Under the pieces are notes generated by a model. That model searched no databases, was not told the DNA's origin, and was given only the letters and a program-made list of their open reading frames with translations. A program made the position numbers and the translations under genes. Shown one piece after another: positions 1 to 9,399 of a DNA stretch of 32,000 nt (position 1 is the stretch's first letter; each line of letters begins with the position of its first letter). This DNA is from Candidatus Iainarchaeum sp. (GTDB lineage: Archaea > Iainarchaeota > Iainarchaeia > Iainarchaeales > CSSED10-239): NCBI GenBank assembly GCA_028700115.1, contig JAQVTI010000001.1, positions 1-32,000 of the forward strand, read 5' to 3'.

Positions 1-2
1 AT

Positions 3-221
3 TTAAAAACTGGTAAAAAGCTAGTTTTTACAGATATTAAGTTTAAAATTAAAAGACAAGACACAGAAGATATAAGAAATAAGATATTAAATATTTCTTA
101 TTATAAATGGATGAAAGCAGGATTATCTAAAGGGACTTTACATTATATAAAACAAAACATAAAAGAAAATAAACCCTTTACATTAAATAAACATATTGAA
201 AATAAAATTATAAATTGGTGA
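3..221 (+). CDS. C-terminal fragment of a protein (gene begins left of window); possibly CRISPR-associated endonuclease Cas1
   Basis: Open frame from base 3 to TGA at 219-221: LKTGKKLVFTDIKFKIKRQDTEDIRNKILNISYYKWMKAGLSKGTLHYIKQNIKENKPFTLNKHIENKIINW*. The W-x-x-x-G-x-SKGTLHY-x-KQN...KPFTLNKH tail resembles my recollection of archaeal Cas1 C-termini; the active-site region is outside the window. Confidence 0.45.
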   Translation, partial: LKTGKKLVFTDIKFKIKRQDTEDIRNKILNISYYKWMKAGLSKGTLHYIKQNIKENKPFTLNKHIENKIINW

Positions 222-226
222 AAAAA

Positions 227-1105
227 ATGGAATTAAATAAAATATATAATGAAGACTGTATAAATGGATTAAAAAAATTGTCTGATAATTCCGCACAAAT
301 TATTATTATAGATCCCCCTTATAATATAGGCAAAAATTTTGGTAATAATAAAGATAAAAAAGAATTAAACGAATATTTAGATTGGTGTGATAAATGGATT
401 AATGAATGTATAAGAATATTAAAACCAAATGGCACTATGTTTATTTATGGATTTAGTGAAATATTAGCATATATTTTTACAAAAATAAATATAAATAAAA
501 GGTGGTTAATTTGGCATTATACAAATAAGAATATGCCGTCTCAAAAATTTTGGCAAAGGAGCCATGAATCTATTATATGTTGTTGGAAAAAAGAAAATAT
601 ATTTAATGAAAACGACATTAGAGAACCATATACTGCAGGGTTTCTTAACGGATCTGCAGGAAAAACTAGACCCGCAACAATTGGGCGATTATCTGGTAAA
701 AACCCAAAAATAACTACTTATGTAGCACACAACGATGGGGCATTACCAAGAGATGTTATTAAAATTCCTACTTTGGCAGGAGGTTCTGGAATGTCTGAAA
801 GGTGGTTTATTTGTCATACATGTAATTCAATTTGTAAGCCTAAAGAATTAAAAAAACATAAAGGACACAATATAGAAAAACATCCTACTCAAAAACCCTT
901 AAATTTGTGTGATAAATTAATATTATCTGCTAAACAAAAAGATGGATTTGTATTAATTCCATTTGTAGGTTCTGGATCTGAATGTGTGTCTGCTAAAAAG
1001 AATGGATTAAATTTTATTGGATTTGAACTAAATCCAGAATATATTAAATTAGCAAATGAAAGAATAAAAGAAATTAAGACCGAGAATCAATCTCGGCTTT
1101 TTTAA
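227..1105 (+). CDS. DNA methyltransferase, beta-type motif order (N6-adenine or N4-cytosine)
   Basis: DPPY motif near the N-terminus (IIIIDPPYNIGKNFG), then HPTQKP, then FVGSGSECVSAKKNGLNFIGFELNPEY near the C-terminus. Contains a CHTC...C insert. The ORF track starts at TTG 215, but the first ATG (227), six bases after the upstream stop, is the better start. Confidence 0.9.
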   Translation: MELNKIYNEDCINGLKKLSDNSAQIIIIDPPYNIGKNFGNNKDKKELNEYLDWCDKWINECIRILKPNGTMFIYGFSEILAYIFTKININKRWLIWHYTNKNMPSQKFWQRSHESIICCWKKENIFNENDIREPYTAGFLNGSAGKTRPATIGRLSGKNPKITTYVAHNDGALPRDVIKIPTLAGGSGMSERWFICHTCNSICKPKELKKHKGHNIEKHPTQKPLNLCDKLILSAKQKDGFVLIPFVGSGSECVSAKKNGLNFIGFELNPEYIKLANERIKEIKTENQSRLF

Positions 1106-1775
1106 TTAAAAAAGCTTCTTCTGTAAAAACAATAAAACCATTATCAAATCTATTTAATGTTTTATCTTCTTTAAATCTAAGATAAGGCAATTTGTAACTT
1201 CCATCTTTTCTATATGGATTTTCAAAATAATCTCCACTAGGCACATTATAAAAAATATTTACAAACTCTCCAGAAATGGATTTTTTTGGTTTTTTTTCTT
1301 TTCTAATTTCACGACTTTGAGACTCTTTTTTTACTTGATAATTAATTAAATGCCCCTTATAATTTATTTGAAAATCTGCACCATTATGATCTAATTCTTC
1401 AGACATTTTAACACTGTCTTTTCCAAATACAGATTCTGCAACATATCCACCATGTATTTGTGTAATTAAACTAGCCCAAGTTCTATAAATTCTTGCCGGT
1501 AATCCTAAATAAAAACATTTTTCACACATTTGAATTTTAATTCTAAATTCTTCTAATAAGTCTTTTTTTTCAGTAAGATATTCATTATAAAAATTTTCAA
1601 AAGACAAAAATTCTTTTCTGATCCAATATATTTTATATAGTAATTCAATTGCTTGAATATTTTTAGGTAAATCCATTTCTACAATCTTTATCGGACGATA
1701 TTGATTCCTATATAATTCTAAATTTACCGTTTTAAGAAATTCGGTAAATTCGTTTAATTTATTAATTTCACTCAT
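1074..1775 (-). CDS. Type II restriction endonuclease, probably TaqI-like, PD-(D/E)XK
   Basis: GADFQINYKGHLINYQVKKESQSREIRK fits a PD-(D/E)XK core (D...QVKK). YRPIKIVEMDLP, ARIYRTWASLITQIHGGYVAE and EELDHNGAD resemble TaqI-family enzymes. Convergent with, and overlapping by 32 bp, the adjacent methyltransferase. Confidence 0.65.
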   Translation of the reverse strand: MSEINKLNEFTEFLKTVNLELYRNQYRPIKIVEMDLPKNIQAIELLYKIYWIRKEFLSFENFYNEYLTEKKDLLEEFRIKIQMCEKCFYLGLPARIYRTWASLITQIHGGYVAESVFGKDSVKMSEELDHNGADFQINYKGHLINYQVKKESQSREIRKEKKPKKSISGEFVNIFYNVPSGDYFENPYRKDGSYKLPYLRFKEDKTLNRFDNGFIVFTEEAFLIKKAEIDSRS

Positions 1776-1785
1776 ATTTGATCAT

Positions 1786-1947
1786 TTATCTGAAAAATAT
1801 CCATAATGCAACAGATATTATTAAAATTACAACTCCAACCCAAGCACTAATTTCTTTAGATAATAAACCAATTCCTAAAAAAATTAATCCACCAACAGTT
1901 AATATTGCGGGAACAGTTCTAACATCAAAATTTATATTTGCACTCAC
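1786..1947 (-). CDS. Small membrane protein (53 aa), missed by the ORF track because it starts with GTG
   Basis: Frame MSANINFDVRTVPAILTVGGLIFLGIGLLSKEISAWVGVVILIISVALWIFFR* with two hydrophobic stretches. GGTGAT lies just upstream of the GTG. Ends 10 bp before the endonuclease start. Confidence 0.5.
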   Translation of the reverse strand: MSANINFDVRTVPAILTVGGLIFLGIGLLSKEISAWVGVVILIISVALWIFFR

Positions 1948-2240
1948 ATTATCACCAAAGTTAATTCTATAATTATTTTATTGAAACAAAACATTTAAAA
2001 AACCGTACAAAAAAAGTGACTTAGCTATATCCCGGCTTTTATTTTTTGGGGTAATATTTTTTTTATATCATATACTTTAAATATATTTATAGATTTAATA
2101 CATATATAAATATTTATTAAATAATTTAATTAATTTCAAAAATATTAAAATCAAATAAAAATTAGTTTTATCTTATTCTCAAAAATTATTTTTATATAAT
2201 ACAAATTTATATTTATAAAAACCAAAATAAAAAAAGAAAA

Positions 2241-4856
2241 TTATTTCTTTTTCTTAGAAACATTTTTCTTTTTTATATTTTCTGGGTTTGCTTTAATTTT
2301 ATTTTTAATAACTGGCTTATTAGATGATTTAGGCTTATTATTTAAAACATAAATACCCCCAACTACTAAAATTATAGCAATAAGACCTAATAAAATATAT
2401 AATCCAAGATTATTAGTAGGACTTTTGGCAATACACACACATCTTTCTTGATCTAAAAGAGTATCTTCTGGACATTTAATATCACAAACATTATTTTGAC
2501 CTCTAATAGAATTATTTAAATCATTTGAATCATTAGCTAAATCATTAGCTAAAATATTTGAATCATTAGCTAAAATATTTGAATCATTAGCTAAAATATT
2601 TGAATCATCTAAATAATTAAAATCAGAAAAAGGATTTAAAATATTAACATCATTATTTCCATCATTAGAACCAGGATTTGATATTAAAATATCTTTTTCA
2701 CAAATACAATTAACTTTATCTAAAATATATCCAGAAAGACAACTTAAATTACATTCACAAACAAAATTATTATTACAAATATAATTATTATTACAATCAG
2801 AATCAACCATACAACCAGCAGGGTTTGCAATTAATGCAAATTCTGAAAAAGAATCAACTTCTATTGAATAAAACCTATAATTTTGATTTTCTCCTTCATA
2901 TTTTACTAAAATTTCTTCCCACACATCTTCATTTTTATGCAAAACTTCAATTCCATCTATTGGAATTTGTAAATTATCTAAATCTGAAATTAATAATTTA
3001 AATTTAATTTTCGCATTTTTAAAATTATATTCTTGATCATAAAAAGGTTTTTTAATATCCATACAAAATAATGCATTATCTAAAGAAGAATCACAAGTTA
3101 AAAAAGAAATAGGATAACTTAAAAAGTTTATTAAATCTTCTTCTTGTGTTGTTACAACAAAAGAATCAATATAACTAGGAGTATTTTGTAAGGTTTGTAT
3201 AAATATTTGACTTAATTCAGGGAAAGGCAAATCTGAATAATACACACTACTATATCCATCTGAAAAAATTCCAAGATCTATTATAGAATAATCTTTTAAA
3301 ACAATAATTCCATCTTTTAATTCTTTTATAAATCTAGGAAAACTAACTTTCCCATCTTTATCTATAGATGTTACTAAAATAATTTCATCAGTTTCTGGAT
3401 CTATAAAAATAAATTTATGGTTAGAAATAAAATTATTATTACTATCTATTAAATTAAATTTAATATTATCATATTCTGCAACAACAGAATAAGAGGAAGA
3501 AGAATCTAAAAAAATTGTATTTTCTAAAGGATTAATTTCTGAATCTGTAATCATTACAAGCCCATTATTAATAAAAAATGAATAATCACAATTATCCAAA
3601 ATTTGATTAGACAAAGAAACAAAAGCACCATCAGAAATATCATAACATCTGTCTGCCCCAAAAGATAGATTAAAATAATTATTTACAAAAAAGGAAGTTC
3701 CTTTAATAGAAACAATTGTGTGATCTGGAAAATATTCTACACCATCAAAAATATCAAAAAATTCACCTACTGAAGAATCTAAATATATTGAATAAATGTT
3801 TTTTTCATTAAGTGAATTTAATGAAAAAATTTCAAATGTATCTTTTATTTTAATATTACAATTATCCCCAAAAACACCATATACTTTTTCAGAAGAAGAA
3901 ATATCATCAATTATAACTGAATTATTAAATAAAACATCATTATTTCCAGAAATAAAAATCCCATATGCATCTAAAATATTAGCTTCTAAATTTTCTATAT
4001 TTGTAATATTATTAAAGACAATATTATTCTTTAAATTATTTATATTATCAATTTTTACTCCATATAAACCTCCTTCAGAATTTATATTTGATATTAAAAC
4101 AGAATCATTTAAAGATACATTAGAATCTATAATCCCTAAACCAATAGACATAGAATTAGAATTAATATTAGAAATTAATAATTCTGAATTAATTATAATA
4201 GAATTTTTAATATTTTCAAAATTAATACCAATAGATAAAGAATATTCTTGAGATGAAGTAATTGAAGAAATATCTAAATTAGTAATTTCAGATAAATCTA
4301 AATTTTCAACATTATAAAATCTAATTCCAACAGAATTATTTATCCCAGAAATATTTGAAACAGAAATATTTCCTTTAACAGAGACATCTGAAGAATTTGA
4401 AATACTTAATCCTGAATTATATAAACTACCAGACATATCACTTATAGAAATATTTTCTAGATCAATATCTTTAGAAGAATATATATTTAACCCATATGAA
4501 CCATTTTTAAATTTTAAATCTTTTAAATAAATATCATTTGAATCAATTATATTTAATAAAGAAGAATTATTAATAATTACATCTCCATAAGTAGTAATTC
4601 CTTTTATAAAAATACCTTTTGTATTATCTATAGAAATATTTTCATTATAAGTTCCATCACATACATTTATATATACACAAGAAGGATGAGCATTCAATGC
4701 TTCATTAATAGTAGTATAATCATATCCAGGACAATTTGTAGAATCCCCAGAATCATTAACATAAACTACTGGATCAACTCTAGTACATGCCCCTAAAACA
4801 GATGGTAAAAATATTAAAAATAAAAAACTAATAATTATAAATTTAGATAATTTCAT
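2241..4856 (-). CDS. Large surface-anchored protein: signal peptide, right-handed beta-helix (NosD/pectate-lyase-like), Cys-rich module, Asn/Asp linker repeats, C-terminal TM and basic tail
   Basis: N-terminal MKLSKFIIISFLFLIFLPSVLGAC. Many I/L-x-I-x-x/N-rich rungs (GLNIYSSKDIDLENISISDMSG). Late Cys cluster DSDCNNNYICNNNFVCECNLSCLSGY. TM segment LGLYILLGLIAIILVVGGIYVL followed by a Lys-rich tail. Confidence 0.75.
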   Translation of the reverse strand: MKLSKFIIISFLFLIFLPSVLGACTRVDPVVYVNDSGDSTNCPGYDYTTINEALNAHPSCVYINVCDGTYNENISIDNTKGIFIKGITTYGDVIINNSSLLNIIDSNDIYLKDLKFKNGSYGLNIYSSKDIDLENISISDMSGSLYNSGLSISNSSDVSVKGNISVSNISGINNSVGIRFYNVENLDLSEITNLDISSITSSQEYSLSIGINFENIKNSIIINSELLISNINSNSMSIGLGIIDSNVSLNDSVLISNINSEGGLYGVKIDNINNLKNNIVFNNITNIENLEANILDAYGIFISGNNDVLFNNSVIIDDISSSEKVYGVFGDNCNIKIKDTFEIFSLNSLNEKNIYSIYLDSSVGEFFDIFDGVEYFPDHTIVSIKGTSFFVNNYFNLSFGADRCYDISDGAFVSLSNQILDNCDYSFFINNGLVMITDSEINPLENTIFLDSSSSYSVVAEYDNIKFNLIDSNNNFISNHKFIFIDPETDEIILVTSIDKDGKVSFPRFIKELKDGIIVLKDYSIIDLGIFSDGYSSVYYSDLPFPELSQIFIQTLQNTPSYIDSFVVTTQEEDLINFLSYPISFLTCDSSLDNALFCMDIKKPFYDQEYNFKNAKIKFKLLISDLDNLQIPIDGIEVLHKNEDVWEEILVKYEGENQNYRFYSIEVDSFSEFALIANPAGCMVDSDCNNNYICNNNFVCECNLSCLSGYILDKVNCICEKDILISNPGSNDGNNDVNILNPFSDFNYLDDSNILANDSNILANDSNILANDLANDSNDLNNSIRGQNNVCDIKCPEDTLLDQERCVCIAKSPTNNLGLYILLGLIAIILVVGGIYVLNNKPKSSNKPVIKNKIKANPENIKKKNVSKKKK
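2530..2613. repeat. Short tandem repeat, 21-bp unit (AAAATATTTGAATCATTAGCT on + strand), about 3 copies, coding for DSNILAN repeats
   Basis: Direct reading: the units at 2551-2571 and 2572-2592 are identical, with partial copies on either side. Confidence 0.9.
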
Positions 4857-4986
4857 AAATTATTTCTCCTGAATAAATTATATATTTAATACATTTATAA
4901 AAGAAGAATAAGTTTATAAATACTTTAGTATATAAAAAAAATATAATAAAAAATAAATTTAAAATAAATTTAAAAAATATAAATAT

Positions 4987-6132
4987 TTATAAAGAAACAG
5001 AAAAAAGATCTTGATTTAATCTATCTAATTCTGATTTTAAAAATTTTGCAAAAGAAGAATCAATTCCTTCAATTAAACACATTTTTCCAATATTAGCAGA
5101 TTTAATATATTCAAGATTTTTAAATTTAGAAATAATTTTTAAAATATTTATAGAATCTATATTCTGAACTTTTTGTAAAACAGAATATCCTTTTGGAATC
5201 ATTTTTTTAATACCAATAATTTCTACTAAATGTTCTTGATCATAAATAGTTCTAAAATCTAATTTTTTTAAAAAATCAATTTTTTCAAAAAGAAAATCAT
5301 CATAATTAATATTTATGTCTTCTAAATCTTCAGAAAAATCTTTAATTATATTAAATAAAATATTATCTAAATCAAAAACTAATTCATTTAAAGTTTGTAA
5401 AATATCATATCCTTCTTTTCCAAGTTCTATAATTATTTTATCAAGCTCTACTTTATGTTTATAAAAAAATAATATTTTTTGAATTAAAGAAATTGCTTTT
5501 TTAAAAGAACCATCTAATAAATTATATTCTTCTTTTATTAAAAGAACTTGATCTTTATCAATTACAGCCCTATATTCTCTTAAATTATTTAATAAATAAT
5601 TACCTTTTATAAAAAGTTGACCAATATCTTGTAAAACATATTTTTGATCTCTAAAATATAAAGTAATAATTGATCTTCTATGAGATATTGCAATAACAGG
5701 AAGACCTGTTGCAATTGCAGTTTGTTCTGCAGATCTATGTCTCATACCTGTTTCTGTAGAGGAAATATTTCTATCTGGCATAAGATGTTTATTTGCACCT
5801 GTTATTTTTTTAAGATCAGAAGAAAGAATTATTGCTCCATCCATTTTAGATAATTCAAAAAGCTTTTGTGAAGAAAAATCTAAATCTAAATCAATTCCAC
5901 CTTTTTTTATATCTTCTAAATTATCATTATCTCCTAAAACAAATAAACCCCCTAAATTACCAAACAAAACCTCATCTAAACCAGATCTAATCTTTGTACC
6001 AGGGGTAATTAATGGTAATATTTCTGTTATGTCTAAAATAGTGTTTGACTTTATATCCTCTATAATTCTATAATTAGAATCTTCTTGAAAAAAAGTTTTT
6101 GAAATAATTTTTTGTGGAGACATAAATATCAT
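4987..6132 (-). CDS. disA: DisA-type diadenylate cyclase (c-di-AMP synthase)
   Basis: KMDGAIILSSD (DGA motif) and SSTETGMRHRSAEQTAIATGLPVIAIS (RHR motif). The DAC domain is followed by an alpha-helical linker and a C-terminal HhH-like region (IPKGYSVLQKV...LIEGIDSSFAKFLKSEL), which co-aligns with the bacterial DisA layout. Confidence 0.88.
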   Translation of the reverse strand: MIFMSPQKIISKTFFQEDSNYRIIEDIKSNTILDITEILPLITPGTKIRSGLDEVLFGNLGGLFVLGDNDNLEDIKKGGIDLDLDFSSQKLFELSKMDGAIILSSDLKKITGANKHLMPDRNISSTETGMRHRSAEQTAIATGLPVIAISHRRSIITLYFRDQKYVLQDIGQLFIKGNYLLNNLREYRAVIDKDQVLLIKEEYNLLDGSFKKAISLIQKILFFYKHKVELDKIIIELGKEGYDILQTLNELVFDLDNILFNIIKDFSEDLEDININYDDFLFEKIDFLKKLDFRTIYDQEHLVEIIGIKKMIPKGYSVLQKVQNIDSINILKIISKFKNLEYIKSANIGKMCLIEGIDSSFAKFLKSELDRLNQDLFSVSL

Positions 6133-6292
6133 TTTTTAATTTTTACAAATTAATACAATATATAAGTTTTAATATAAAATAAAATATTTATATTAATAGT
6201 TAAAAAAATTTAAAAACAGAAGGTATTAAAAAAATAATTAAAAATAACTAAAAAATATATAAAACTAAACTTATTTTAAACAAAAAATTTAA

Positions 6293-8875
6293 TTAACAAG
6301 AATTTTTTTTAAAAATACCATTTATAAAATTTGTAATTGGAATAACTAAAATAGAAGAAATCCCAAAAATAAACAAATAAATCCAATGTATAAAAGATAA
6401 TGGAACTAATCTAAAAATATTTTGGAAAAAAGGAACATATATTACAATTATATGTAAAGCAATAACTAATAAAACACTATAAATTAATAACTTGTTTGAA
6501 AGAAGATGTTCTCTATCAAACTTACCTTCAATATTACAAACAAACGCAAAAAACAATTCAAAAATTACAATCCCTGATAAAATAAAAGTCCTTGCATAAG
6601 AAGAAACATCTAAATCAAAAGAATTAATACCAAAAGAAAAATCTAAACCTAATCCATATGAAAAAAGAATTAATTCCCCTATAATTTTTACAAATAAAGC
6701 AACAATAATAAAAACAGTAAAATTATGTAAAATGCCTTTATTTGGATCTCTAGGTTTTCTAAACATAATATCTTTAGAAGCCTTTCTTCTTCCAAGAGCA
6801 ATTGCAGGAAGAGAATCTGTAACCATATTTATCCATAAAATTTGTAAAGCTAAAAGAGGTATTGGAAAATTAAATAAAATCAATAAAACAACAGTTAAAA
6901 GAATATCAAAATTTACAGCAAGCATATATTTTACAAAAAGTAGAATATTATCATAAACTCTTCTACCTTCTTTAATTGCAGAAACAATACTTGAAAAATT
7001 ATCATCTTTTAAGACAATATCAGCAACTTCTTTTGTAGCTTCAGTACCTTTAATACCCATAGCTATACCAACATCTGCAGCTTTAATAGCAGGTGCATCA
7101 TTTACCCCATCTCCTGTAACAGATACAATTTCTCCAGATTTTTTTAAAAGAGTTACAATTCTAAATTTATGCTCTGGTTTTGCTCTTGAAAAAATATCTG
7201 TTTTTTTAATTAACTCTAATGCTTTTTTATCATCTAAAGAATCTAAAATATCAGCATTAACTGCTTTTGGATTTAAAAAACCAATTTCTCTTGCAATAGC
7301 TTGTGTTGTTAAAGAATTATCCCCAGTTATAATTTTAGTTATAATTCCTGCTTTTCTTGAAAGAAGTAAAGCATCTTTAACATCTTTCCTTGGTGGATCT
7401 ATCGAAGCAACTAATCCTAAAAAAATTAAATTATTTTCAAATAAATCATTTTTATTATCTATCTGCCTATATGCAAATCCTAAAACTCTTAATGCATCTT
7501 TAGAATATTTTTCTTCAAAAGAAAAAAAATAATCAATATCTTTTTGAGTAATTTTTCTAATTTTACCATTATCTAATATTTTAGTAGATTTTTTAATTAT
7601 TTCTTGAAAAGCTCCTTTTGAAAACATTTCTAAATTATTATCAACTTTATGAATAGTTGACATCATTTTTCTATCAGAAGAAAAAGGAATTTCATTTATA
7701 AGCTCATAATCTTTTACTCTACCAGATTTTCTAGTTAATACCTTTAAAGCAATTTCTGTAGGATCTCCTATAAATTTATTAATTTCAACTATAGAATCAT
7801 TACAATTTTCACAAATATCTAAAATTTTAAAAAATTCAATATTATTTAAGTCTTGTTTTTTTTCAAAAGAATAACCTGTTCCATAAATTTCTTTTTCAAA
7901 ATTTAAAGAAACAATTTTCCTTGCAGTCATTTCGTTTAAAGTTAAAGTCCCTGTTTTATCAGATGCAATAATTGTTGTTGCACCTAAAGATTCAATAGCA
8001 GACATTTTTCTAACAATAGCATTTTGTTTAGACATTACCTGAACTCCTAAAGCTAAAGTTAAAGTTATAACAATTGGTAATCCTTCAGGAATTGCTGCAA
8101 TTGCAAGAGAAACAGTTATTAAAAAATTATCTATAATTCCAATACCTCTAAAAAGACCAATTACAAAAAGAATAATAATTAAAAAAATCAAAATATAAAC
8201 TATTTTTCTTGAAAGAGAATCTAATTGTTTTTCAAATAAAGATTTTTCAATATTAGTTTCTGAAACTAAATTAATAATTTTACCAAATTCTGTATTTATT
8301 CCAGTAGAAATAACAACTCCTTTTGCTTTTCCAGAAACAATTGTAGTTCCAGAAAAACAAATTACTTCTTTATTTGATTTTAGATTTTTAGAAACTGAAA
8401 CAGACTCACCAGTTAAAATAGATTCATCTACTTTTAAAGAAAAACTTTCAAAAAGTTTAATATCTGCAGGAACTTTATCCCCTTCAGAAAGAATAACAAC
8501 ATCACCAGGAACTAGTTTTTCTACATTTATTTCTTTTTCCTTACCATCTCTTATAACAATTGCAATTTTTGTAAGCATTTTTTTTAAAGAAGAAACTGCT
8601 TTTTCAGCTTTATATTCTTGAATAAAACCAATTATAGAATTAATTAAAACAATTGCAAAAATAACAAAAGCATCTAATTTTTCTCCAATTATAAAAAAAA
8701 TAATTGAAGATATTAATAAAATAACTATTAATAAAGAAGTAAATTGACGTAAAAACATTTTTAAAATAATAAATTTTTTTTTTATTTCAATTTTATTTTC
8801 ACCATATTTATTTAAAAGAATAAGAGCTTGACTTTCTTTTAAACCATAAAATTTAGATTGTTTATTATAAGACAT
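6293..8875 (-). CDS. Cation-transporting P-type ATPase, Ca2+/PMR1-like (P2 type)
   Basis: TGES, ASDKTGTLTLNEMT phosphorylation motif, TGDGVNDAPAI, IPEGLP in M4, and NMVTDSLPAIALG in M6. Confidence 0.95.
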   Translation of the reverse strand: MSYNKQSKFYGLKESQALILLNKYGENKIEIKKKFIILKMFLRQFTSLLIVILLISSIIFFIIGEKLDAFVIFAIVLINSIIGFIQEYKAEKAVSSLKKMLTKIAIVIRDGKEKEINVEKLVPGDVVILSEGDKVPADIKLFESFSLKVDESILTGESVSVSKNLKSNKEVICFSGTTIVSGKAKGVVISTGINTEFGKIINLVSETNIEKSLFEKQLDSLSRKIVYILIFLIIILFVIGLFRGIGIIDNFLITVSLAIAAIPEGLPIVITLTLALGVQVMSKQNAIVRKMSAIESLGATTIIASDKTGTLTLNEMTARKIVSLNFEKEIYGTGYSFEKKQDLNNIEFFKILDICENCNDSIVEINKFIGDPTEIALKVLTRKSGRVKDYELINEIPFSSDRKMMSTIHKVDNNLEMFSKGAFQEIIKKSTKILDNGKIRKITQKDIDYFFSFEEKYSKDALRVLGFAYRQIDNKNDLFENNLIFLGLVASIDPPRKDVKDALLLSRKAGIITKIITGDNSLTTQAIAREIGFLNPKAVNADILDSLDDKKALELIKKTDIFSRAKPEHKFRIVTLLKKSGEIVSVTGDGVNDAPAIKAADVGIAMGIKGTEATKEVADIVLKDDNFSSIVSAIKEGRRVYDNILLFVKYMLAVNFDILLTVVLLILFNFPIPLLALQILWINMVTDSLPAIALGRRKASKDIMFRKPRDPNKGILHNFTVFIIVALFVKIIGELILFSYGLGLDFSFGINSFDLDVSSYARTFILSGIVIFELFFAFVCNIEGKFDREHLLSNKLLIYSVLLVIALHIIVIYVPFFQNIFRLVPLSFIHWIYLFIFGISSILVIPITNFINGIFKKNSC

Positions 8876-9024
8876 ATTTATTTCCTTAAATTTATTAAAT
8901 TAATATAATTTATTAAAAATTAAAAATATTCTATTAAAATACAAAAAAAATTAAAAAAATATAATAAATTATAATATAATAATAGTAAATACATTTAAAA
9001 TATTTATGATTAATAAAGATAAAT

Positions 9025-9399
9025 ATGAATATATTTTTAATCTCTGATGAAAAATTTAAAAACAAATTACCATTAATAAGATTTAATATAAATAAACATA
9101 CAACCTTTCTACCAACCTTTCAATTAGGAAAAATAGAAAAAGGAAGAAATATTAAAAAGATGTTTTTAGATAAAGATATAAATATTTTAGAAAAATGTGA
9201 TGCAATTTTAATATGTAATTTTGATAAAGGTAAATCTAAAAATAATATAGATTATTATTCACTAATGATTTGTTCAATTGCATATTATTTAAATAAAAAA
9301 ATATATTTATTATATAACCTACCAATTTCTAAAAATAAAAAAGAAATACAAGCATTTGATCCAATTTGTTTAGATGGTAACTTAAAGGGGATAATTTGA
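9025..9399 (+). CDS. Nucleoside 2-deoxyribosyltransferase-like protein
   Basis: ILEKCDAILICNFDKGKSKNNIDYYSLMICSIAYYLNKKIYLL...EIQAFDPICLDGNL pattern typical of compact archaeal members of this family. Confidence 0.5.
   Translation: MNIFLISDEKFKNKLPLIRFNINKHTTFLPTFQLGKIEKGRNIKKMFLDKDINILEKCDAILICNFDKGKSKNNIDYYSLMICSIAYYLNKKIYLLYNLPISKNKKEIQAFDPICLDGNLKGII

Noticed and set aside
1778-1972. 64-aa plus-strand ORF from the track
   Set aside because: Antisense to a more protein-like small membrane ORF (1786-1947 minus) and lies immediately between minus-strand genes.
2530-2613. Considered as a CRISPR-like array
   Set aside because: The 21-bp units are back-to-back with no spacers and in-frame inside a CDS, so it is a coding tandem repeat.
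3796-4251. 151-aa plus-strand ORF
   Set aside because: Entirely antisense to the beta-helix surface gene; its composition mirrors the repetitive coding strand.
6732-6956. 74-aa plus-strand ORF
   Set aside because: Antisense inside conserved P-type ATPase motifs (opposite TGDGVNDAP/NMVTD region).
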